A stretch of DNA of 64,000 bases, taken from positions 59,088,001 through 59,152,000 of the forward strand of contig CM052817.1 of assembly GCA_028534125.1 (NCBI GenBank), in the 5' to 3' direction. The notes beneath the pieces are model-generated. The model did not search any database and was not told the DNA's origin. It was given only the letters and a program-made list of their open reading frames with translations. This stretch comes from Lama glama. Taxonomy: Eukaryota. A program made the position numbers and the translations under genes. Below are positions 50,751-63,379 of this stretch, one piece after another. Position 1 is the first letter of the stretch, and each line of letters opens with the position of its first letter.

Positions 50751-53218
50751 AGGGGATTCTTGTTTCCACAGTACAGAATCAATGTATTATACAAGAGTAA
50801 TATATTTATTATATTTTCTTATAATGCATTTTTCTACAGTAGTTGCTTCCTTAATATCTAAATTATCAACCAATCATAATTAAGGAAGTGCTAGAGTACA
50901 TAGTTTCAAGTACAGTTTTGATATTCCTTTTAAAAATAGATCACCTCTATGGCAGTTTTATTTTCTAGGCTGATGAAGTTGAAAATCGGCTTCACTTTAT
51001 TAAGTATCATTGAAAAGATGACTCTTTTTAACTTGTTACCAATTACAATTATATTGGATTAGCCTAAACTGTCTTTAGTAAGCAAGCATTGTGGTTGAAA
51101 ATGAACATTAACATTCTTATTTTTACTAATACAGGTCTCTTTGAAAAAGAGATTTGCTAATCATTTACCTTTTCAAATAATGCACTATTTGTTTGAGTGA
51201 TAAAACTTATTAGCTGTGTATAGATAACCTTGCATGCTTATATTAGTTACTAATCTACTTGAACACTTCCCAAATTCAGCATTTTGGATCCACTCATAAC
51301 AGTGTAAATCTAGATGTTATTTGTGTGAAATAGAGTATGGAAGACTGGATATATATCCCCACATTCATATTGGAATAAAGTCATTTTTAGCTTTATTCTA
51401 AATTACAGTTCTTTTTCCCAGGAAATTCTTTATTCATTGTATTTAAAAAGAGCCCTCAAGTACAAAATGCTCCCCACTGTCAATTCTATTCAGTAACCTT
51501 TGATTTTTTAAAACACATTGCCAGAGTACCCCTTCAAAAACTTGTGAAGGATAAAACATTTATCTTTGGAAGCCCCTTCGTCTGACTTTTGGTGTGCAGT
51601 CCTCTTCTAATTCCCAGTGATTGCCCAGTGTCCTTATAGTGATGCCCATTTAATACGTCTTATTCTTAGCTCCACTCTCCCATAAAATACGTATTTGTTC
51701 TTTATTTCCCATTTCCTCAGGACCGTATGCTGGGTTAAAGTGGTTCTCTCAATGACATCTCTATACCCATCAGAATAATTAGCACATATCAGGCACAATA
51801 TGGTTTTCGTTGAATGAAGAAGTGAAATAATGCATATTAGATGTAAAAGATCAGTCCTTTCTCCCTGAACATCCCTTACTGTGTAAGATCTGCTCTATCT
51901 TCAATGATGTTTACTCTGCTCAGGATTGGGAAAATGCCTATGAGAAATAACACAATGTAAATAAGCACATTCTTGATAGACTTAGAGTGGAGAAAATAGC
52001 TGGGTATAAAACACTACACACATTTCAGGACTTCTGGGACCCAACGTGGAAAACTACATCAGAACTGAAACCTTTGATTAATAGAATTAACTGGGAGGGC
52101 CAATTCAAAATGAGGGGAAAAACTTTAATTCTAAAGTGAAAATATTGCTACTAATTAAAATATGACCAGTTTTCTTTCTCAAAGCTTCACTGATATCACT
52201 GATTTTCATCAAATTACTGTCTTACTCTGGGCAGTGAGTTCTGTTTAACTACTTGGCGTATGTAGAAGTTAAACTAGTGTGTAAAGGAAAATTCTGAATG
52301 GGGCATTTAAATAGTTAAATTACCATAGACTTTAATTTTTTAAGCTAGAGATTTCTAGAAAGGGTCTTTTTGATGTGTCATTTTTCATAAAACAAAAGCA
52401 ACAACATTTTGATGTGTACTCCTGTCTGTCTTAGGGATAGTATTGGTTCCATCAAGACCCATGCAGGACAAGAAGAATTCCAAATTAAATATTGATCCTA
52501 AAAAAATCAGTTGTAGTTTTCTTAATTATATTTTGATGATTTGAATTCAATAGAAATATTTTAAGTGGTTTGCTTTCACATGTTTAAATTATTTATTACT
52601 TATTCACTTTTCTTTTACTATCTCTACCTAATTTATTGTAACAGCTTGGGAATCATGTAGAAACTATCAGAAAGCATGGTCAGTCTTTAATGTAGAAAAA
52701 TCAGGTAGCTTTCTTTTTTCTTTCTACATGTAGCTGAGAGTATCTGTCATAGTAAGCTACTAAGTAGCTCATTAGATTGAGTAGCTGACAGAGATCTAAA
52801 CTATTTTTCCCCCTAGTCAGGAAGTATTTCTTTGATTTCTTTTGACCAGCTAAGAAAAGTTAATAGATTTTTTGTCTGCAGCCATTCATTCCTTAATTGC
52901 ATCTCTGATAGATGTTCTGATCATTAGTATTGACAGAACAGGATGCAGATATTTACTAGAATTCACATGAGAGGGTCGACCCAGGGAATTTATTTACTTT
53001 CTGAATGCATATTACATTTCTTCTCTGAAGCAGTTTCATGTCCCAGGAGTGTTTCCATATCTGCCGAATACTGCAATTAGTCAGAAATGAAAGATATCTG
53101 AAGAAGTAAATGTCTTTAAAAAAAAAACTATGGAGATAACATACTTGAATATTATTCTTAATCCAAATAAATAACGGAATCAATTTATTTCACAATGGTA
53201 ATGAAGAAAGAAAAATAA

Positions 53219-53337
53219 GAAAAAAATGTGACAATGAGTGTGTATATGTCCATGAATGACTGAAAAATTGTGCTGAACACTGGAATTTGACACAACATTG
53301 TAAAATGATTATAAATCAATAAAAAATGTTAAAAAAA
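53219..53337 (+). mobile_element. Very young 119-bp 5'-truncated L1 tail
   Basis: Perfect 15-bp TSD AAGAAAGAAAAATAA at 53204-53218 and 53338-53352. AATAAA plus poly-A. Two substitutions relative to the copy at ~1149-1268. Confidence 0.92.
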
Positions 53338-54639
53338 AAGAAAGAAAAATAAATAAATAAAAGTGCCTCAAGTCTCACAAAAGGGGCATGTTCCTTTATT
53401 AAAAGCATATGTTAAATTATATACAAATAATAATGAAATGTTAGCCCATGGCTACCAGACACTTAATATTTTTCAATTTATAATAAGTTATATTTATATA
53501 ATGTATAAATGTTATGATTAATTTTAAAATATTATTTGAAAATGAAGTAACTTTTAGCTTTAGCCGAATAAATTAGGCATAATTTAAGATTTTACAGATA
53601 ACAGATTAAAAGTCAATACCAATCTGCTATTTTATTAGAAGCAACAAAACAGTAACAACGAATAAATAAACCATTTGTCAGTCTTGTGAGGGTTCCTTTG
53701 ATGGTATTTGTGTTCTTGGCTTTTGTCATATATGTAGGGACAATTAGTTATTATTTATATAATTTAGTCAACATATATCAGAAACGTGAATGATTCCGCC
53801 CCATTTCTCTTTTATAATAGGAATTATTTTAGACCACTTATTACAGAATTTTCAACTTTTCACCTAATTTTAGTGACAGAAGGGTTAAAATATGAATACT
53901 TTAATGTGGATGAGTTAAGCAAATTCCTTCCAATTTGACAGTAACTAGCATTTCAGTCTCTGCAGTATAAAACAAGTCATACTTTTGCATATGATTATAG
54001 AATCTCAGATACTCTAGAAGGAGTTTTAGAGTGTGTTTTATCCAACCTTGAGAGATATGTTGGAGTTTCTTCTATAACCTCTCCCATGGGGATAGGGATG
54101 GAGTGGAGAAGTTGATTTAGGTAGTTGAAATATGGATAAAAGAAGGGCAAGAAAGGTGAATGAGAATAGGTTTAGAAGACAAATAGCTCTTCCTCCCAAT
54201 TTTGTTGAAGGCTGGCTGTGATTATTGGTATAAACCAAGATAAGTCAAATAATCAAATCTAAAAATTGCAGTGACTTTAGAATTTATTGCTGGGCACTTG
54301 AAAGGCCCTTTGTTTGCTTTAATGCAGTTGAGTTCTGAATGTGTATCAGAGAAGCTGATGAAACCATCACATGCTTCTTTGTAAGCCCGTTGCCCCTACA
54401 TTTCATCATTAGTAATTTTTAGGTGACTAAGAAAATATGAGTTAATAAAAATTACTCATATGATTTTCATTTATACCATGATTGTTTTTATTGTAGCATT
54501 AGAATATTAGAAGGGTTCTCAGGGAGATATATAGCTTATTTCTCTGCTTCTTGCAGGGAATATGCCTAAACCAAGCTGGAAAAATAATTACACATAGAGC
54601 TTATGTGAATCATTTGCATCTGGAAACACTGTTTCATAT

Positions 54640-55420
54640 AAAGAGTAACTTCCTTAAGAATCTCCAGTGACTGTATGTTACCTTCAGGATTAAAACCAAA
54701 TTTAGTGAGCTGATACTCCATTCAGGCAGCCACAATCTATATCTAGTCAATTTTTCAAAACCTATTTTAATTTGAAATACATTTTTATGAGCCACTACTT
54801 TGCCTATTCATACTTCTTCCAAATAGGTATATTCATGGTCCCATAAATCTGCTACTTGCATTTCTGACTCCATTATTATGCTTACCTGATTCCTTTATTT
54901 GAATTCCTTCTGTTCTCTTTTTTCCCTGTCTAAATTATAATAGTTTTACAGATCCATCTAAATTTTGCTTAGACTCTTCCTGGCAGTCTTTGTTGCACAG
55001 AAATTCAAATTCAGCTTATGTGGTTGTGAAACCCCACTGTGGCATTTACCATCTTTATGTCTGTGGGAAATTCATGGAAAATCTCTGTATTCTATATTTA
55101 TTTATCATAATTGGAGATAGTAGTAGTAATACCACATGCGGCTACTGTGAGGATGAAATTAACTAATATGAAAATGTAAACATGCTGCAAGTGTTGCTCT
55201 TGCTACTGTTACTACTGTAATTATTAGGCTATTTGGAACATATTATTGCCTTATACTATTTCTTAGCTATAATTTAAACTTTTATATGTGAATGTCATAT
55301 CTTTTCAACTAGATTTTTAGCATCTTGAAGGCTAAATAAAATACATGCAAAATTTCTTTGACATCCTAAATTGCTTTACACACTGCATAGTAGGAGTTCA
55401 ATAAAAATTTGCTCAATCAA
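54640..55420 (+). mobile_element. L2 relic with embedded MIR-like fragment (~55000-55200)
   Basis: 'ctccagtgactg...ccttcaggattaaaacc' and the L2 3' end 'catagtaggagttcaataaaaatttgct'. Confidence 0.5.
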
Positions 55421-55790
55421 GTGAAATTACAAATGAAAGACCAAGCAAAGGAATGAACATCCTTGTATTCCCATTTGTCCATATGGATGAATCTTCTTTT
55501 CCTAAATCACTTTTTCTTCAGATATGGTCTTTTATAATGAAGTTATTTTATCAATTTTATTTATTTCTTAATAAAATTACTGCAGATGGTTTTCCTTTAT
55601 GTCACATCTATAAATATAAAGCAAAGGGTAAATATTTCTTAAATATCATCAAATAGAGGGTTTTAACAGCATTAACAGATAACATTTGTGCATTGTGAGG
55701 GTTTAAAAATTCACAGTTAACTTATGACTAAAATAATTTCTATCTGGAACAAGAAAAATGTAGTTATGGTATAGTGTGTGTTGAGTAGGA

Positions 55791-55792
55791 AT

Positions 55793-55831
<39 letters not shown>

Positions 55832-55832
55832 T
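55791..55832. repeat. (ATTT)10 tetranucleotide microsatellite
   Basis: Read directly from the sequence. Confidence 0.97.
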
Positions 55833-56189
55833 AATAATGCAAGCTCTGAATATTGATTTAACTAACTTATGATATAAACAAAATACGATATTTGGCTAAA
55901 TGCATACCAATTTAACAAAAAATTTAATCTTTAGGACTATGTTAAGATTTTTTCTCTAAGGTATTAATACTGGTGAACAGGCAGGTATAGAGCCAGATGT
56001 GCTAAAAGAACTAGGGTTGTGGTGGAGACTGGGAAAAAGGAGGTAAGGAGGATGAAACAAAATTTCACAAAATTTAAAATAAAAACAAGAATAACAAAAT
56101 CTGCACACTGGGCAGCATCTGCACTCTGCTCAGTGGTATTATTAGCAGTTGGTACCTTTTGATTATGAGCATTGCTTCTTGCCTTTGGG

Positions 56190-58290
56190 TACTGTATCTC
56201 TCCTTCTAGTCTACGTGATCATCTGGTTGGGTAGAATATCTCAGTTGCAGCTTTTTAACCCTTTCAGCATTTTGAATATATCGTGTCACTCCCTTCTGGC
56301 CTGCAAATTCTATACAGAGAAATTAGCTGATAGCTTAATGGGGGTTCCTTTTATATGACTCTTTGTTTTTCTCCTGCTGCCTTTAGAATCCTCTCTTTAA
56401 ATTTTGCAGTTTTAATCGTGATATGTCTTGGTATGGATCTGTTTGGGTTTATCTTATTTGGAACCTTCTGTGTTTCCTATACCTGGATTCTGTTTCCTTC
56501 TTCAGGTTTGGGAAGTGGTCAGTCATAATTCCTCAAATACATGTGCATTCCCCTTTTCTCTCTTCTCCTTCTGAGAACCCTGTAATGTAAATGTTAGTAT
56601 ACAAATATTATCCCAAAGATCTTGTAGACTGTTTTCACTGTTTATTTGTCTCTCTTTCTGCTGTTCTGATTGGGTGATTTCCATTATTCTATCTTCCAGA
56701 TCACTTAGGTGTTCTTCTGTATCACTTGGTCTGCTAAGTGTGTTTAGCCCTGATATTGAATGATCTATTTTTGATTGGGGTTTTTGTATATTTTCTAATT
56801 TAGTTCCTTGTTAAAGTGTTCATGGTGTACATCAGTCCTTTTCCCTGATTTTGTTAACATTTTTATTACCAATGCTTTGAATTCATTATCTGGTAAATTG
56901 TTTATTTCTGTTTTATTTGTTTTTTCAGGGGCTTTCTATCTCTCTTTCAACTGAGAGTAGTTCCTCTGCCTTTGCATTTTGCTTAACTTTCTCTGTATGG
57001 ATTTAAGTAAAATGGTTAGCTATTGTAGTCCTGAAGGGATGATCTTATGTGGGAATTTCCCTATACAGACGGCATGTGTACAAAGGCCGTCATGTGGACA
57101 CAAGTCACATCTTTCCTCGGGGTGTGCTGGTGGCTATCACCTTGTTAGGAAATGGAGCTGGAGATGGAGGGGCTAGAGCTGGCACTGCGTGTGAGGCTGC
57201 TTCCCCTCTGTACAGTGACCATTACTGCCCTATAGGGGAAGGGGTCTGACCCCAAGTTAATGGAGCAGAAGTGTTGCAGGTCGGGTCCGAGTTGGCTCTG
57301 TTCTTTTTAAGTGTGTTTTCCCTCTCCACACACCATGACCCGTGCCCCAGAGACTGGGAGTGCTGTAGTACGTGGAGCCAGTGTGGGCTCTCGGCTCATG
57401 TGACCACAGAGGTCTGATGTGCTGCCATTGCAGGCTCCTACAGGCCTGCTAAGAGGCAGCCTCTGGTGCAAGTCCCCTTTGTTCCACACAGTCAACCACT
57501 GCCCTCAACCTCTAGGCTCTGCCCACCCCAAGCACCCTGTGGTGGAATCCCACCTTAAGGCAGGAAGTGTTACATGGCCTCTTGGTGTGTATGTGGTCAG
57601 TGAACTGTGGTGGAGCAGCCACCATCAGAAATCTGGGCTGTTTCTGAGGTGTGATGCCTGAATAAGTGCCTACAGTGGCCACCACCACCCCACCCAGGCT
57701 CTGCTCCAGGACTGAGTCACCTCTGGGTCCCATGTTTGAGTCTTTTCCCACAAGTCATGGCTGCCCAAGATCCAGTACCATGCTGTAATGTGGAGTGAGC
57801 TGGGCTGGAGTGCCTAGTGAGACTATTGGGAGAAACCTGGCAGCCACTAGAGCAGAGCTCTCTGCCCTTCCTTGAGAACAAGCTTTTATATGTATGGTCC
57901 TCACAAATGGAGTCCAGGCTTCCCACAGCCCTTCTATTAGTCCCAGCAATCTTCCAACCAGCCCAGAGGGCTTGCTCCCCCATGTATGACAGGGCTGGGT
58001 GTCCAATCTGTAGCTTAAACTACTTACTCCCTGGAGTGGGTGTCCACCTGTGTAATTTCCCTGTTTATCAGAGTCCCCTCCTAGGGCACAGGGGCAAAGG
58101 TCCTGACCCAAAAGCTTTTCTTCCCTTCCTACTGGATTACATGTGTATCTTTTTTATAGCCTTGGTTACTCATAAGTCCTTCTGCCAGTTTCCAGTGAGA
58201 ATTATACCACATGTATAAGTATTTTTGATGTTTTTGTTGAGGGAGGTGAGCTTCACATCCATCCTCTTACTCTGTCATCTTCATCAGAGC
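56190..58290 (-). mobile_element. LINE-1 5'UTR plus partial ORF1 (no ORF2 or tail)
   Basis: Antisense ORF1 'cactcccttctggcctgcaaa...gagaaattagctgatagcttaatgggggttcc'. GC-richer 5'UTR at ~57050-58290. The element start reads 'aagatgacagagtaagagg...gaagctcacctccc' on the minus strand. Confidence 0.82.
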
Positions 58291-58469
58291 CATCTGGCAA
58301 CTTTTGAGTCTATGACACATCTATTGACTTGAAATTATTTTAACATGTGATGGTATATGCATTCATAACCTCCAGAAGTTAAACTTGAATTTATATTGTG
58401 TTGACCTGCCAAACATTCATCATTATTATAGATCAGTAAAAAGATAGATGATAGGCAGACAGAAGGTTG

Positions 58470-58957
58470 GATTTCAATGCTTGCATCTCTAGATCTAATC
58501 TTTACTTTTGCTCACTCTGCTCTGTGCCCTAGGACTTTGACTTGCATTGACTCATCAATGGGCTCCCTTGTAACTGATATTCTCTAAGAGAAACAATAGA
58601 AGGATAAGATTAGAAGGGGCAAGGAAAGTGATCTTGGAATATTTATTTCCCTGGTGCCCAACCTGTAGAGACTCAGGAGTCCGGCACTTTCTGTTAGCCA
58701 AAGGTCTCAGCCCCAGTCTTGGCATTTAGTTCTCAGCTCTATCAACAGAATCCTCTTTGTCATCAGGTTCCAATAACCGTGCACTCCTTCTCAGCATAGA
58801 ATGTTACAGGGACCCCACTGTAACTAAGCCTGGAATTCTGCACTTTCCCTTGTACTTCTGTTTTGCCCACATATTGTAACTGAGTCTTTTTGACAGTTCT
58901 TCTTAAAGTATATTAATTTGAGTGTTCCAACTGTTTTCTCCTGGAACCCTAAGTACA
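58470..58957 (+). mobile_element. ERVL LTR (LTR33/LTR16 family)
   Basis: 'catcaatgggctcccttg', 'gaatatttatttccctgg'; 3' end 'atttgagtgttccaactgttttctcctggaaccctaagtaca'. Confidence 0.65.
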
Positions 58958-59122
58958 ATAGCTGGTTAGAGAGTTCTTAATCACTGGAATCCTCTGGTGC
59001 TAGTGGGATTTTATTTTTAAATCCCTGTTATGTCTACACCTAGTGATGTTTCCAATCTTTTAATGCATCTGTCTTCCATTTGATTACTGCATATGTTAAT
59101 AAGTATAGCACTGAGAAGAACA

Positions 59123-59355
59123 GATAATAGCCACTCTGTGTTTATTTGCTGTCAGGCATTACATTAAAAGGCTTGAGCATATTAACTCCCAGCAGCCCTG
59201 TGAAACAGATACTGTAATTACCCCCCTTTAGAGATGAAGAAAGTGAGACTTGCAAAAGTCAAGTGACTTCCCCAGGGTCACACAGCTGATAAATGGTACA
59301 GTAAGTGAGATTTAAACTAAGGCAGAAAGACTCCATGCTTTTAACCACTGTATAG
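59123..59355 (-). mobile_element. MIR SINE
   Basis: 'gatgaagaaagtgagact...aagtgacttcccagggtcacacagctgataaatgg...gagatttaaac...tgcttttaaccact'. Confidence 0.8.
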
Positions 59356-60042
59356 TATTGTGTAGTATTGCTGTACTTTACTAGGTAAGTATGACAACAG
59401 ACAGAATAAAATTCATTAGGAAAAAGGAAGTATTTAGTACAGCATAGTTGCCTACTATAGATGTCATTTAATGTTAAAATCTTCACCCAAGCTGAATTGT
59501 ATTGGTAGTTAAAAAAGAGTACACTTTGAACAATTTTTAAAAGAAATGTGAGATACTGTATCACACAGTAACAGAAAACACATAAATGGTGTAAAATTTT
59601 TTAAACCTAAAGAATTATAACTGACACTTAAGAAAAAAAAATCTACCTGTATGTCTAGAACTATTTAAAGCACTGTTTATTTAGGACACATAGCAAAACT
59701 AAATAACACTGACCAGAATTTTGTACAGAATTGGTGATCTGCTATCATATAAAGTGTGATGAATAAATTTTCTTGCCAAATAATCACTGAAAGGAAAAAA
59801 ATGAATCATAAACTTGAAGTCTTATAGCAATAAGCAGTAATCTACATGGAAGGCAGAGTATGTAGTTTCTGCATAAAGTTCCTTTTCCTTTGTACTTATC
59901 CTGTCCAATTAAGAAATTCATAGGCAAAATTTGGGGGGTATTGATACCCCTCCCTGTATAACAAAAGCAGGGTGTCCTCTGGTTCTAGTTTTTAATTTTT
60001 CCCGTTGCATGTAGGTATAAGAGTAAGGATTAATTCACAACA

Positions 60043-62436
60043 CAGGGATGCTTCATTTTATTGTTCTTTATTGTGCTTTGAAGATAATTGTGTTGTTTTA
60101 CAAATTGGAGGTCTGTGGCATCCCTGAATCAAACCATTCTGTTTGGTCTGTTGGTGCTATTTTTCCAGCAGCATTTGCACACTTCATGTCTGTGTGTCAC
60201 ATTTTGATAATTCTCACAATATTTCTAACTTTATTATTATTATTATTATTATATTATTATTATATTGGTTATGGTGATCTGTGATAAGTGATTGTTAACT
60301 ATTATAATTGTTTGAGGGTGCCACAAATAGGACCCTTAAAAAACAGCAAGTTTCACTGATAAATGTTGTGTGTTCTGACTGCCAGCTGTTCCCTCGCGTC
60401 TCTCCCGCATCTCAGGCCCCCCTATTCCCTGAGACACAACAGTATTGAAATCAGGCCAATTAAGAACCCTACAATGCCACTAAGTGTTCAAGTTAAAGGA
60501 ACCTCTCACTTTAAATAGTAAGCTAGAAATGATTAAATTTAGTGAGGAAGGTATGTCTAAAGCCAAGATAGGTTGAAATCCAGGCCTCCTACATCAAACA
60601 GCCAAGTGGAAAAGTTCTTGAAGAAAACTGAGTGTTATTCTAGTGAACACACAAATGATAAGAAAGCAAAGCAGCTTTATTGCTGATAAGGAGAAAGTTT
60701 GGTCTAGATAGAAGATCAAACCAGCCACAACATTCCCTTAAGCCAAAGCCTAGTCCAGAGACAGGCTCTAACTCTCTTCATTCCATGAAGGCTGGGGGAG
60801 GTGAGGAAGCTGCAATGGCAAAGTTTGAAGCCAGTAGAGGTTGATTCATAATGTTTAAGGAAAGAAGCTATCTCCATAACATAAAAGTGAAAGGTGAACA
60901 ACAAGTGCTGATGTAGAAGCTGCAGTAAGGTATCTATCTAGAAGATCGAGCTAAAATAATCTGTGAAGGTGACTACACTGAAGACTACACTGAACAATAG
61001 ATTTTCAGTGTAGACAGAACAGCCTAATATTGGAGAAAGATATCAGTTAGGATTTTCACAGATGGAAAGGAGAAGTCAATGCCTGGCTCCAAAGCTTCAG
61101 AGAACAGGCTGACTCTTAGAGGCTCACACCACTGGTGAGTTTTAAATTGAAGCCAATGCTCATTTACCATTCTGAAAATCCTAGGGCCTTTAAAAAATTA
61201 TGCTAAATCTACTCTGCCTGTTGTCTGTAATTGGAACAACAAAGTCTGGATGACAGCACATTTATCTACAACATAGTTTACTGAATATTTTAAGCTTATT
61301 GTTGAGACCTACTGCTCAGAAAAGAAGATTCTTTCAAAATATTACTTCCCATTGACAATGCACCTGGTCACCCAGGAGCTCAGATGGAGGTGTGCAATGA
61401 GATGCATCATGTTTTCATGCCTGCTAACACAACATCCATCCTGTAGCTCACAGATCGAGGGATAATTTTGACTTTCAAGCCTAATTATTTAAGCAATACA
61501 TTTCATGAGGCTAAAGCTGCCAATGATACTGACTTCCCTGATGGAAGTGGGCAAAGTCAATTGACAACCTTTTGGAAATAATTCACTTTTCTAGATGCCA
61601 TTAAGATTTGTGATTCATGGGAAGAAGTCAAAATATCAACATTCACGGGAGTTTGGAAGAAGCTGATTCCAGCCCTCTTGGATGACTTTGAGGGGTTAAA
61701 GACTTCAGTGGAAGATGTGACTGCAGATGTGGAAATAGCAAGAAAACTAGAATTCCAAGTGGAGCCTGAAGATGTAGCTGAATTGCTGCAAACTCATTAT
61801 AAAACTTTAAAGGATGAGGAGTTGCTCCTTATGGATGAGCAAAGAAAGTAATTTCTTGTGATGGAATCTAGTCCTGGTGAAAATGCTATGGAGATTGTTG
61901 AAATGACAACAAAAGATTTAGAATATTACATAAACTTGGTTAATAAAGCAGTGGCAGGGTTTGAGAGGATTAACTCCAATTTTGAAAGAAGTTCTATTGT
62001 GGGTAAAATGCTATCAAATAGCATTGCATACTACAGAGAAATTGTTCATGGAAGGAAGAGTCAATCAATATAGGAAACTGTACTGTTGTCTTATTTAAAG
62101 AAACTACCACAGCCACCCCAGCCATCAGCAACCACCACCCTGATCAGTCGGCAGTTATCAACAAGGAAAAAACCTCCACCAGCAAAAAGATCATGTCTTG
62201 CTGAAAGCTCAGATGATGGTCAGTATTTTTTAGCAATAAAGTATTTTTCATTAAGATATGCACATTTTTAGACATAATGCTACTGCACACTTTAGACTAC
62301 ATTATATTATGAACATAACATTTATATGCCCTGGGAAACCAAAACATTTGTGTGATTCACTTTATTGCAATACTTCCTTTATTTTGGTGGTCTGGAACTG
62401 AACCTTTCTATGAGCAGTATCTTTGAGATATACCTG
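60043..62436 (+). mobile_element. Near-full-length Tigger1 (TcMar/pogo) DNA transposon with pseudogenised transposase
   Basis: ~2.39 kb. Decayed TIRs 'cagggatgcttc' and 'gagatatacctg'; flanks CA and TA (TA TSD with one end mutated). Peptide '[49 protein letters not shown]' matches the Tigger1/TIGD1-like C-terminus. The upstream frame is broken. Confidence 0.93.
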
Positions 62437-63379
62437 TACCATTATGTTCAGTTGAATTTATTATATTCAGAAGAATTGACTAGGTTAAAAATAGCTGTTC
62501 TTAAAGGGGCTGAATGAATGGTATTTGTGTTGGTATATTAATTGGTATAGCCACTGTTTAATAAGGTAGAAAACATAATAGTCTTAAAGCAAATGTTCAA
62601 ATTATGTTCTTTAATGAGAGAAATTCTACCTTTGTAAATGACATTTGTATGTGTGAGAAATGAGCAAGAAGTATATAGTTAGATGACCTTCAGAGATGGT
62701 CCAAACAAAATAATTTTCAGTCTTAATTTTAGGCCTAGAATCATTGAAAGAGAGAAAGTACATGTTCTCAACTTTTCAAATGATATTTTTTAAAGTGCTT
62801 CTTAGTTAGATTGCATGCATCAGTTTTCCACATTTTCAAACGTTATTGATAAATTTTAGCCTGTTCTGAAACAGTTAAGAATTAAACATTTTCTTTAAGA
62901 AAAAATAAAATAAACAAACCTACAACAACAATAACAACAATAATAAAGCCCTTTACCACTGGGAGAGATCTGGAGGCCTTTCCTGTTTTTCAGGGTTAGG
63001 AAAAACAACAGATGCTGTCAAAATTTCAAGACATGGGGCTTGGAGGGTACACCTGCTACAAACAGCACAACTGCTCATCCTTCCATTCCATTCCCCACCT
63101 TCCCCTACAGCACACACTTCTCTACTCAATCATGCATTTTATTGAAATATATATATATATATATGTATCTCAGTGCCATCTGAATTGTGAATTCCATCTT
63201 GGATTCGCCTGCTGTAGAGATGAGTTAAAAAGTTAACAAGTGTACTTATTCTGGTTCCAAACAATAGCAACGTAAACCAGGAAGGCTGATGAGCATGTAT
63301 CCTATTTCAAACTCTCCAGAAAATCAGTCTCTAAATTCTCTGTGGAGTCCATTCAGTGCTTAAACAGCCTTTACTGTCA

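Noticed and set aside
48480..56250. The L1 fragment ending near 48540 and the one starting near 56190 look roughly collinear in ORF1
   Set aside because: They appear to be different subfamilies, and the 7.6 kb between them contains older L2/MIR relics. A single split element is unlikely.
56979..58218. Cluster of overlapping 62-133 aa ORFs in GC-richer DNA
   Set aside because: They fall in an L1 5'UTR, where higher GC lowers stop frequency, and none resembles a known protein.
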